Shown piece after piece: positions 15,676 to 23,054 of a stretch of DNA of 64,000 nt. The position numbers and the translations under genes are program-made. Position 1 is the first letter of the stretch; every line of letters begins with the position of its first letter. Source of the DNA: a virus; the IMG/VR virus record IMGVR_UViG_3300010376_000003, positions 1 to 64,000 of that record; one strand, written 5' to 3'. Below the pieces are notes generated by a model. It was given only the letters and a program-made list of their open reading frames with translations, was not told the DNA's origin and did not search any database.

Positions 15676-16725
15676 ATGGCTCACAACATCCTCAACATCA
15701 ACGGCCGCGACTCCATCGCCTACATCGACGCCACTCCGTGGCACGGCCTCGGCGCCAACATCCTGAGCCTGATGCTCAAGACGGCCCCGGCCGAGCGCGT
15801 CGACCTCGCCCTGGAGCAGGCCGGCATGAACTACCGCGTCGGCTCCGAAACCCTGCACCTGCCCGATGGCACTCCGGTCCCCAGCCACCGCGCCGCCGTG
15901 CGCTACAACGCCGATGGCACCGTGGCCGCCCAGCTGGGCGTGGTCGGCAAGGACCACGTCCACATCCAGAACAGCCGCGCCGTCGATATCGCCCGGGCGA
16001 TGTGCGAAGAATTCGACGTCGTGCCGGCCTGCACCGCCGCCCTCGGCAACGGCGAGCGCTGCTTCATGCTGCTCCGCATGAGCGACGCGACGATCACTCC
16101 GGTCCCCGGCGACGACGTGCGCGGTTACAACCTGCTCTACTGGGGTCATGACGGTCAGGTGGCGCTGCAGGACATGGCGACGGGCATCAGGGTGGTCTGC
16201 CAGAACACCCTGAACATGGCGATCAGCGCGGCCGGCGGCAAGCACGGCAAGCGCTGGATCAGCATCAAGCACACGTCGAGCGCCGACCAGCGCATCGACG
16301 AGGCGGCGAAGCTGATGAAGCAGCTGATGGCGACGATCAAAACGACCGGCGACACGTTCCGCAAGCTGGCCGAAACCCCGATGAACCGCAAGCAGCTGGA
16401 GGCGTATATCGCCGCCGTCATCCCGGCAGCGGCGCTCGACTCGACCGGCCGCATCAGCGACCGCTACCGGGCACGCCGCGACGCCATCGCCGCGCTGATG
16501 GCAGCCGGCAAGGGCGCCGACATGGCAAACCAGCTGGTCGGCAAGGGCGAGGTGTCGGCCTGGGGCGCCTACAACGCCGTGACCGAGTACTTCGACCACG
16601 TCCGACCGGCTGAAGCGCAGAGCGACGCCGGCAAGCGCAACGCGACGGTCGGCGCGATCTTCGGCGACGCGGCCGATGTGAAGCTGAGCGCGTTCACCCT
16701 GGCCCGCCAGCTGGTGGCGGCCTAG
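15676..16725 (+). CDS. DUF932-family protein (349 aa)
   Basis: The layout and the RVVCQNTLNMA signature are typical of DUF932 (phage/plasmid-like) proteins. N-terminus ...IAYIDATPWHGLG. Confidence 0.75.
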   Translation: MAHNILNINGRDSIAYIDATPWHGLGANILSLMLKTAPAERVDLALEQAGMNYRVGSETLHLPDGTPVPSHRAAVRYNADGTVAAQLGVVGKDHVHIQNSRAVDIARAMCEEFDVVPACTAALGNGERCFMLLRMSDATITPVPGDDVRGYNLLYWGHDGQVALQDMATGIRVVCQNTLNMAISAAGGKHGKRWISIKHTSSADQRIDEAAKLMKQLMATIKTTGDTFRKLAETPMNRKQLEAYIAAVIPAAALDSTGRISDRYRARRDAIAALMAAGKGADMANQLVGKGEVSAWGAYNAVTEYFDHVRPAEAQSDAGKRNATVGAIFGDAADVKLSAFTLARQLVAA

Positions 16726-16830
16726 GGCTGACGCTGCAGACGACCGGCAGGGGAGCGGACCACCCCTGCCGACGCGTGTCGCCGGAACTGACCGGCTGTG
16801 AAGTGCCCCGGCAGCCGCCGGGAGCGAAAC

Positions 16831-16860
16831 ACCAACCACGACCAACCACGACCAACCACG
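16831..16860 (+). repeat. perfect 3x tandem repeat ACCAACCACG
   Basis: Read directly. Located in the 5' leader immediately before AAGGAG and ATG 16876. Confidence 0.9.
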
Positions 16861-16875
16861 AAGGAGTGACCGACC

Positions 16876-17415
16876 ATGAAAACCACGAATACCGCGACCG
16901 CCGTTGCTGACTACGTCCCTGCCCCGCCCTTTGCCCGCCTCGACGGCGAGGCCCGCCCCCAGCTGGGACACCGGGCCCTGCTCTACCTGATGCAGCAGGG
17001 CTGTGTCGGGTTCTGGCGGCTCGACGATGAAACCCTCGACGCGGCAGGCTGGAGCCTGAGAGAGGCCATCGCCGCACGCGGGCTGAGCGGTCCGGCCGCT
17101 GAAGTGCTCGCGGCACTGGAACGGAGCTTCCGGCAGGAGCGCAATTGGCGGGAGGCGGAGGCGGCGAAGCTGACCGGCCCGGCCCTGACCCTTGCCGACC
17201 CGCCGAGCGCTCCGCCTGCAGCCCCCAAAGGCGGCGGCGGCAGCAAGGTGCCCCGCACGCCGAAGCCGCAAGGTCCGGCACCCTCGACGGCGAACCCGCT
17301 GCCCGTGCCGGCGGCGAAGCGGCAGCCTGCCCCGGTCCCGGTGGCGGCGCGGCCGACCGTGCCGGTGCTGCGCCCGGTGGCCGCGCCGACGCTGGCCGAT
17401 GCTGACCTGTTCTAG
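16876..17415 (+). CDS. hypothetical protein with Pro/Ala-rich C-terminus (179 aa)
   Basis: AAGGAG SD 9 nt upstream. Track ORF. Confidence 0.6.
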   Translation: MKTTNTATAVADYVPAPPFARLDGEARPQLGHRALLYLMQQGCVGFWRLDDETLDAAGWSLREAIAARGLSGPAAEVLAALERSFRQERNWREAEAAKLTGPALTLADPPSAPPAAPKGGGGSKVPRTPKPQGPAPSTANPLPVPAAKRQPAPVPVAARPTVPVLRPVAAPTLADADLF

Positions 17416-17433
17416 CCCCCCGACCGATAACCC

Positions 17434-17462
17434 GCCGGCAGCTGCTGAGGCTGCCGGCTTTT
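17434..17462 (+). terminator. rho-independent terminator-like hairpin
   Basis: GCCGGCAGC-TGCTGAG-GCTGCCGGC (9-bp stem) followed by TTTT. Lies 19 nt after stop 17415. Confidence 0.6.
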
Positions 17463-17480
17463 CCTTGGAGAGACGGACTC

Positions 17481-17699
17481 ATGAAGCACCCCTACGACAG
17501 CCAGTGTGAGTGCCTCCGCTGCCGCCGTGAACACGGCCGGCGCCTGCAGCAGGCCAAGGCCGACAACACGCGCCGCCTGAGGGCTGGCGACTACCAGCCC
17601 CGGTTCAACAACCGAGCGCGCACCGCGATGGAGCGCTGGGCGCGCAGCTACTACGAGACCGAGGGCGGCTGCGACCAGTTCAACCTGGACGACCGCTAG
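17481..17699 (+). CDS. small Cys-containing protein (72 aa)
   Basis: Track ORF containing CECLRC. Confidence 0.5.
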   Translation: MKHPYDSQCECLRCRREHGRRLQQAKADNTRRLRAGDYQPRFNNRARTAMERWARSYYETEGGCDQFNLDDR

Positions 17700-17761
17700 A
17701 CCAGACAGGAAAACCGGCCCCCGGCAGCTGCTGGGGGCGCCCTTTGAGGAGTGATACGACC

Positions 17762-18052
17762 ATGACCAAGCGAACCCCGATCCGTGTCCACGCGCAGCTG
17801 GCCCTCGATATCGCCAGCATGCTGGAGAACGAACGCGACAATCCCGGCGAGTTGAACACCGCCGGGTGGCAGGACATTGCCGACACGGCCACCCGCATCG
17901 CGAGCTATGCCCGGCTGCAGCTGCACGCGCACCCGCAGCTGCACCCTGACGCACCAGCGGTACCGCCCGGCATGCGGCCCAAGCCGGGCGTGGAGTATGG
18001 GTGCGGGCTCGCGACGTGCGAGCAGTGCTACGAACCGGACACGCACGAGTGA
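17762..18052 (+). CDS. hypothetical protein (96 aa)
   Basis: ATG at 17762 with GAGGAG 10 nt upstream. The track ORF begins at TTG 17744. Confidence 0.5.
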   Translation: MTKRTPIRVHAQLALDIASMLENERDNPGELNTAGWQDIADTATRIASYARLQLHAHPQLHPDAPAVPPGMRPKPGVEYGCGLATCEQCYEPDTHE

Positions 18053-18197
18053 GATGAGCCCGGAGAAGTACGACCTTGACTGGCGCGACTAACTGACCGG
18101 TCGAAACTGCCCACGCGGACCGTGGGCGGGTATCGGGGCGTGAGGCCTCGACTGACGATGACCAGACCAGCCATCACCCACAAAGGAGCGAACGACG

Positions 18198-18587
18198 ATG
18201 AAGACGACACGACCGCGTTACTACGTCTGCCCCGACTGCTCTGCCAGCTTCCAGCTGGTGGACGGCAAGCTGCCGATCCACCTGTTCAACCAGAGCGACT
18301 GCCCGTCGAGCGGCTTGGAGGTGGACGAGCGCCCGACCCGCGACGATCTGCTCGACCGCGCCCGGCGCCGCCAGCGCACGACGCACAAGACGATCTCCCA
18401 GCAGTTGGAGGCGCTCGCCATGGCCGTCGAGTTGACGCTGGCGACGGCTTGGGCACTGGGCGAGGAGTACGACAGCCCCCGGCTGCAGGCCGCGACGGCG
18501 AGCCTGAGCGAGGCCGCGAGCGAGCTGCATGAGGCGGCGAGGGTTCGCAAGGCCGTCTCTGCCGAGGGGCAGGATAGCGGCGAGTGA
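18198..18587 (+). CDS. hypothetical protein with N-terminal CPDC motif (129 aa)
   Basis: AAAGGAG SD upstream. Track ORF. Confidence 0.55.
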   Translation: MKTTRPRYYVCPDCSASFQLVDGKLPIHLFNQSDCPSSGLEVDERPTRDDLLDRARRRQRTTHKTISQQLEALAMAVELTLATAWALGEEYDSPRLQAATASLSEAASELHEAARVRKAVSAEGQDSGE

Positions 18588-18606
18588 GCGCCAGCAGCTG
18601 CTGGCG
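18587..18606. promoter_or_regulatory. 20-nt perfect palindrome GCGCCAGCAGCTGCTGGCGC
   Basis: Read directly. It starts at the stop codon of 18198..18587 and has no T-run. Two GCATATGC motifs (18617, 18637) and GGTAGACT follow. Confidence 0.5.
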
Positions 18607-18714
18607 CCTAGAGGTTGCATATGCGTGTGCCGCGATGCATATGCAAGGTAGACTGAGCGGCACGCCCCGCCGGAGGGCCATCCGGCACCCACGAACAGGA
18701 CAGCAGAGGACACC

Positions 18715-19356
18715 ATGGCAACCAAGACGAGAACCAAGACGACCGACCAGCCGCTCTATCTCGCAGTCAGCGAGGAGCGGGGCAACGGCTATTTCCACCT
18801 GCGCGTACGTGTCAGGGGCCAGCAGTACGACCAGTCGGCGCACCAGCACGTCCCGGTCTACGTGGACGACGACTATAGCGCCGGGTTCAAGTACTCCGGC
18901 CTGCAGCTGACGGCACAAGGCGACGAGCGCACGCAGCGGGCGACCGACCGGCAGAGCGCCGTCTACGGCTGGAGCATCGAGTATCACGACGTGTTCCGGC
19001 TCGACCTGCAGCAGGTCACCCGGATGCAGAAGACCCTCGCGACCATTGACAAGCGGCTGGAGAAGCTGCGCGAGCAGCGGGGCGAGCCGGGGAATTTCGG
19101 GACGCTCGTCGGGCGGCTCGCCGAAGCGCTGGGCTGCGAGGGCATCGCGTGCGAGCGCACGAGTAGGCAGCAGCAGGTGAGCGGCTACCGGTGGGACTGG
19201 GGCAGCATCGGTGAGGGCGTGGACAGCGTCAACCGCATGGTCTGGCGGTGGCAGCAGGAAGCGGTCGAGGCCGAGCGCCAGCGGCTGGAGGCCGAGCAGC
19301 CCCGGCAGCTGCCAGCGGCGACCGTGGACGGCGATGTGGTCGAGGAGGCGCGCTGA
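18715..19356 (+). CDS. hypothetical protein (213 aa)
   Basis: Track ORF with balanced composition. Confidence 0.6.
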   Translation: MATKTRTKTTDQPLYLAVSEERGNGYFHLRVRVRGQQYDQSAHQHVPVYVDDDYSAGFKYSGLQLTAQGDERTQRATDRQSAVYGWSIEYHDVFRLDLQQVTRMQKTLATIDKRLEKLREQRGEPGNFGTLVGRLAEALGCEGIACERTSRQQQVSGYRWDWGSIGEGVDSVNRMVWRWQQEAVEAERQRLEAEQPRQLPAATVDGDVVEEAR

Positions 19357-19574
19357 TGCCGAAGAACACCATCGACCGCAGCGCGGTGCGGCTGACACCG
19401 ACGCATCGGTACTGGATGTGCCCGCTCTGCAATACGCGAGTCTCAGTCAGGCGCCAGGGCCGCAACGCCCGAGCGGCGACCAGCATCTTGACCGGCATGG
19501 TCAACAAACATCTGGCCGATTGGCACCCTGAGCCACCGCCGGCAGCTGCAGGCAGCAGCGAGGAGGAGCAGTAA
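19356..19574 (+). CDS. small zinc-binding-like protein (72 aa)
   Basis: ATG overlaps the upstream TGA (TGATG). Sequence MPKNTIDRSAVRLTPTHRYWMCPLCNTRV... Confidence 0.5.
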   Translation: MPKNTIDRSAVRLTPTHRYWMCPLCNTRVSVRRQGRNARAATSILTGMVNKHLADWHPEPPPAAAGSSEEEQ

Positions 19575-19768
19575 TGGCGCTCCACCCCTCGATCACCCTA
19601 GAGCGCATCGAAGCGCTCGTCCGGGCCGACCAGCAGCAAGGCCTCTGCCTCCAGTGTGGGGCAGAGGTCGACAATGTGGAGCCCGACGCGCGCCGCTACC
19701 CGTGCCCCGTGTGCGAGGCGCGGCGCGTCTACGGGGCCGAGCAGCTACTGTTGATGCTGGCACCCTGA
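19574..19768 (+). CDS. zinc-ribbon protein (64 aa)
   Basis: TAATG overlap with the upstream gene. Contains CLQC...CPVC. Confidence 0.5.
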   Translation: MALHPSITLERIEALVRADQQQGLCLQCGAEVDNVEPDARRYPCPVCEARRVYGAEQLLLMLAP

Positions 19769-19874
19769 GTGCCGGGCAGACTGCTGGGACGCGAGACAAC
19801 CGACCGATACACTGAGAGAGGCACGACCGACGCCGGGCGGTTCCCCGGCACCATCGATAGAACAGGACACGACC

Positions 19875-20513
19875 ATGGCTGACACGCCCGAGAGGCAGCA
19901 CCGCTACTGCGCGGTCTGCAAGAGCTATCACTACCCCGACAACAGCGAGTGCGACGGGTTGCGCGGCGGCACGACCGACACTAACCCGGCCTTCACGCCG
20001 CCAACTGCTGCAGCGACACCCCAGCACACGCAGCAGAGCAACACGACGGCCCGTCCGGCTGGGCGCTACAGCGTGCCTGACGCGCCGCCAGCAGCGGCGG
20101 CGGCACCGAAGCCGGAGCGCAAGCTGCGCACCATCACCCTGACCGGCCGACCGCCGGTGCGTATCGCCGAGGACGACTGGCCGGTGCTGGCCGAGGCGTC
20201 GACGTGGACCGGCGGCAACGGCTACGAGGCCAACGCGACCCGGCACTGGACCCTCAAGGTCCGGCAGCACCAGACAGACGGCCGCACGATTGTCTACGGG
20301 GCGTACCGCACCAGCTGGCAGGGCGAGCGCGACGCGCGCGGCGGCCAGCTGCTGGCGGCTGGCGCTCACGGGCGCCTGCCGCAGGCCATTCAGGAGGTCT
20401 GCACGGCAATCGGCGCGAGTCCCGTGCTGGCGCAGGACTGCCTCGCCGACCTGCCGCCTGAAGACCTGACCGGCGGGGCGCCTGCGGCGGGCGGCGAGGG
20501 AGGGGCCCGATGA
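19875..20513 (+). CDS. hypothetical protein (212 aa)
   Basis: Track ORF with an N-terminal CAVC motif. Confidence 0.55.
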   Translation: MADTPERQHRYCAVCKSYHYPDNSECDGLRGGTTDTNPAFTPPTAAATPQHTQQSNTTARPAGRYSVPDAPPAAAAAPKPERKLRTITLTGRPPVRIAEDDWPVLAEASTWTGGNGYEANATRHWTLKVRQHQTDGRTIVYGAYRTSWQGERDARGGQLLAAGAHGRLPQAIQEVCTAIGASPVLAQDCLADLPPEDLTGGAPAAGGEGGAR

Positions 20514-20749
20514 GCGCCCCGCCGGTCGCGCCGCCCTTCGACCGCACGACCTGCGCCTGCCCCGAGTGCGTCAGCTGCTGCACCCGGCAGCCCGGCAGCT
20601 GCGTGCCCGGCGACATCGAGGCGATCGCCGCCTACCTGGGAAAGCCGGTGCGCGTGGTGCTGGCCCGCTTCTGCGCCAGCCCCTCGTCTGGGCCCAGAAC
20701 CTCGCCAAGAAAGCCGAGCGGCGCCCCCGGCCGCCCATCGCGGATTTAG
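20510..20749 (+). CDS. CxxCxxCC (YkgJ-like zinc/iron-chelating) N-terminal domain protein, apparently truncated (79 aa)
   Basis: CACPECVSCCTRQPGSCVPGDIEAIAAYLGKP fits the first half of the CxxCxxCC family. The second Cys cluster is missing and the C-terminus is Pro/Ser/Arg-rich. Confidence 0.4.
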   Translation: MSAPPVAPPFDRTTCACPECVSCCTRQPGSCVPGDIEAIAAYLGKPVRVVLARFCASPSSGPRTSPRKPSGAPGRPSRI

Positions 20750-20750
20750 A

Positions 20751-20864
20751 CTAACCCTCGTGTCGGCGTCCCCGTCTGGCGCCCGCCGCTGCGACAGTCG
20801 GCTGGCCCGACCAGCCCGCGACAGCAGCGGCGGGTCTGCAGTCCAGGCGGGGCAACGCCGACAC
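20751..20864 (+). ncRNA. structured repeat element, copy A (long irregular hairpin)
   Basis: P1 is GTGTCGGCGT (20760-69) paired with ACGCCGACAC (20855-64). P2 is CCCCGTCTGG (20770-79) paired with CCAGGCGGGG (20843-52). The apical hairpin is CCGCCGCTGC/GCAGCGGCGG. It starts 2 nt after stop 20749. The ncRNA type is an inference. Confidence 0.45.
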
Positions 20865-20875
20865 ACCTGCTAACG

Positions 20876-21181
20876 ATGACGACACCGAGAAAGGTAGATC
20901 CGTGTATGAGTGTCATGGTGACCGAGCTATACCGTGCGCTGCGTGACGCGCACGTCTCTGAGGAGGTCGCGGTCAAAGCGGCCGAAGCGGTCGTGCCGCG
21001 CAGCGAGGCGGCGACGCGAGCCGACCTCGCGGACCTGCGCGTGCTGATCGAGGGCCTGCGGGGCGACCTGCGGGCCGATATCCAGAAGGCCAAGAACGAC
21101 CTGATCATCTGGGCCGTCGGGTCGGGCATCGCCCTGACTGGCCTCTTCGCGTGGATCGTCAACGCGCTGGTGCGGCGATGA
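20876..21181 (+). CDS. DUF1640-like coiled-coil protein with C-terminal TM helix (101 aa; alternative start 20906)
   Basis: MSVMVTELYRALRDAHVSEEVAVKAAEAV...DLADLRVLIEGLRGDLRADIQKAKNDLIIWAVGSGIALTGLFAWIV resembles the DUF1640 pattern. Confidence 0.55.
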   Translation: MTTPRKVDPCMSVMVTELYRALRDAHVSEEVAVKAAEAVVPRSEAATRADLADLRVLIEGLRGDLRADIQKAKNDLIIWAVGSGIALTGLFAWIVNALVRR

Positions 21182-21300
21182 CTGGCCTGCTCGACGCTCT
21201 CACCACCCCTGGCAGCTGGCATGACGCCATCCTCGTCGGCCTCGCTGTCTTCGCTTACCTGCAGCTGATGGACGCCATCGAGCGGAACGGCAAGCGCTAA
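21178..21300 (+). CDS. mini membrane protein (40 aa)
   Basis: ATGA overlap with the upstream stop. Hand-translated MTGLLDALTTPGSWHDAILVGLAVFAYLQLMDAIERNGKR. Below the track cut-off. Confidence 0.4.
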   Translation: MTGLLDALTTPGSWHDAILVGLAVFAYLQLMDAIERNGKR

Positions 21301-21387
21301 ACTCTCGACAGCCCGGCGTCCCAGTCTGGCGCCTGCCTGGGCATTCCCCAGGTCAGGTATGCAGTCCAAGCTGGGCAACGCCGGGCT
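21301..21387 (+). ncRNA. structured repeat element, copy B
   Basis: P1 is AGCCCGGCGT (21310-19) paired with ACGCCGGGCT (21378-87). P2 is CCCAGTCTGG (21320-29) paired with CCAAGCTGGG (21366-75). The apical hairpin is CCTGGG/CCCAGG. TTT follows. It starts right after stop 21300. Confidence 0.45.
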
Positions 21388-21446
21388 TTCGTACGTACCG
21401 GTAGGTACACAGGATCCCCACTTATTCGGGAGACCACGTCTCTGTT

Positions 21447-21472
21447 CGCGTACGTGCTGCCGGCTGGCGGCG
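21447..21472. repeat. 26-bp direct repeat, copy 1 (CGCGTACGTGCTGCCGGCTGGCGGCG)
   Basis: 25 of 26 nt identical to 21994-22019. Confidence 0.85.
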
Positions 21473-21507
21473 TGCCACCAGGGGCAGCTCTGCTGATGAC
21501 ATACCCG

Positions 21508-21745
21508 CTGAGCTGGCTACTGGCTGAGCTAGGGGGTACCCCTCCTACTCACCGGATTTAGTGAGCTTTCGGGCTAACTGCCCTGTTCCCCATACCTTGG
21601 ACTGTTTCAGTACCCTGAGCTTTCGGTGAGCCTTGTACCGCCGGAGGCTCGTAGGCTCACGGCTCGGGAGATCGTGAGCTTTAGTTTAAATATATGTACG
21701 TACAGGGGATAACCCCTGTAGAGGGGGTATTTCCAGGGGGATATA
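21508..21745. repeat. iteron-like (C/G)TGAGC(T/C) array plus AT-rich patch plus AGGGG(G)(A/T)AT repeats
   Basis: Motif copies at 21508, 21524, 21561, 21615, 21626 and 21674, plus an inverted copy at 21654. AT-rich TTAGTTTAAATATATGTACGTAC at 21681-21703. Palindrome-like CAGGGGATAACCCCTG at 21703-18. AGGGGGTAT at 21722 and CAGGGGGATAT at 21735. Confidence 0.6.
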
Positions 21746-21794
21746 CCGTCTCGCGGAACCGTCTCTTCGCATCAGCTAGCAGGAGGGAGCGCAC

Positions 21795-21992
21795 ATGAAG
21801 CGGTTCGACCAGGGTGTCATCGCGGAGCTGGAGGCCATCGAGGAGCTGCTGCTGAAGCGGCGCGCCGAGGTGGTCGGCCGGGGCGTCAGCACCGACGAAG
21901 CGTTCGGGCGGGTGTTCGCTTTGGGCGCGGTCGATAGTGCTGTCTGGCGGCTGCTGCGCCGGGCGAAGGGCGAGGAAGTCGCTGACGGCTAG
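21795..21992 (+). CDS. hypothetical protein (65 aa)
   Basis: AGGAGGGAG SD 6 nt upstream. The 3' ends converge and overlap by 4 nt with 21989..23047. Confidence 0.5.
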   Translation: MKRFDQGVIAELEAIEELLLKRRAEVVGRGVSTDEAFGRVFALGAVDSAVWRLLRRAKGEEVADG

Positions 21993-23047
21993 TCGCGTAC
22001 GTGCGGCCGGCTGGCGGCGCTCTGCTCGGGCATCAGGTAGCGTAGAGCGCCGCCCTCGAAGTACAGCTCGATTGCGCGGACCACATCGGCCACCGTCACC
22101 AGGTGCATGCAGCGCGGCAGCACGCGCGACGTCTTGGCGTAGCGGTGCGTGACGAGCGGGTCTTTCATGCTCGGGTCTTCCAGCTCGACCACATCCACGC
22201 AGCGCTCCTCCAGGCGGTCGCGGCTGTCGCCGTCGCCGAGGGGGACAACCCGGTTCTTCCAACAGCCCCCGTCGTCACAGCAGCGCAAGGCGCCGACGCG
22301 GTGCAGGAACTGGTGGTGGGGATAGGCGACCCAGTGCGGCGGCTCCCGGCCGCCGGCAATGACCACACACGGGCGGTTCTTCGGGCCGTAGGGGTCGCAG
22401 GGCACGGCAGCGGCCAGGTGCATCAGGAGCGAGATCGGGCTGACGCAGCCCTGACAGTGATAGACCAGGCGTACCAGCTGGCGCAGGTCGGTCTGGCCGC
22501 GCAGGTCGACCACGCCCCTGAGCGGCGGATGCTCGTCCCCCGCGTTGCCGACCTGCACGAACAGGATGCGGCCAGCGAAGTGGTCGATGACCGCCTGGTG
22601 CCGTTCGGCAGCCCACCACTTGACGGTGACATCGAGCTTGCCCCCACTGACCAGCAGCCAGTAGGGCACCTTCTGCCCGACGACCTCCTCGACCTGGGTG
22701 CGCTGGCCCTTCTCTGCCTCGGTCAGGTAGATGTCGCCTCTGTGCGCCGTCGTGCGAATGGTCAGCCCCAGCTTCTCATTGAGGTAGTCGCTGAACCCGT
22801 GCACGAAGTGCCAGGGCTCGTGGTTCGCTTTCCAGATGAGCGGGTAGTCGCACTGGAAGAGTGGCGCCTCGGAGTTAGCCAGCGGCGTGATGTAGGGGTT
22901 GTGCGCCCACAGCTGCGGGCAGGGCGTACGCACGTCGGTGAGGAACTGGCCGGGATAGCTCAGATGCAAGTCGCGCACGGCGGCTGTCATCATCACGATG
23001 TCGCCGGGGCATTGCCAGTTGCGCAGGATCAACTTGCGCTGGGGCAT
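21989..23047 (-). CDS. glycosyltransferase family 9 (heptosyltransferase-like) protein (352 aa)
   Basis: N-terminal KLILRNWQCPGDIVMMTAAVRDLHLSYPG and central LRGQTDLRQLVRLVYHCQGCVSPISLLMHLAAAVP...VVIAGG match GT9 hallmarks (R..GD...P.....P; G.T.L..L..L......D(S/T)G..HLAAA). Confidence 0.65.
   Translation of the reverse strand: MPQRKLILRNWQCPGDIVMMTAAVRDLHLSYPGQFLTDVRTPCPQLWAHNPYITPLANSEAPLFQCDYPLIWKANHEPWHFVHGFSDYLNEKLGLTIRTTAHRGDIYLTEAEKGQRTQVEEVVGQKVPYWLLVSGGKLDVTVKWWAAERHQAVIDHFAGRILFVQVGNAGDEHPPLRGVVDLRGQTDLRQLVRLVYHCQGCVSPISLLMHLAAAVPCDPYGPKNRPCVVIAGGREPPHWVAYPHHQFLHRVGALRCCDDGGCWKNRVVPLGDGDSRDRLEERCVDVVELEDPSMKDPLVTHRYAKTSRVLPRCMHLVTVADVVRAIELYFEGGALRYLMPEQSAASRPHVRD
21994..22019. repeat. 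26-bp direct repeat, copy 2 (CGCGTACGTGCGGCCGGCTGGCGGCG)
   Basis: See 21447-21472. This copy lies in the last codons of the GT9-like gene. Confidence 0.85.
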
Positions 23048-23054
23048 TACCCGC

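Noticed and set aside
20751-21387. Integron attC sites or a known self-cleaving ribozyme (twister/hammerhead) as the explanation for the structured repeat pair.
   Set aside because: The CTAAC-type 5' words only loosely fit the attC R'' consensus RYYYAAC. There is no GTTRRRY at the 3' ends and no integron integrase. No CUGAUGA...GAAA hammerhead core is present. The GUCCAAGC segment only superficially resembles the twister loop and lacks the required pseudoknot partners.
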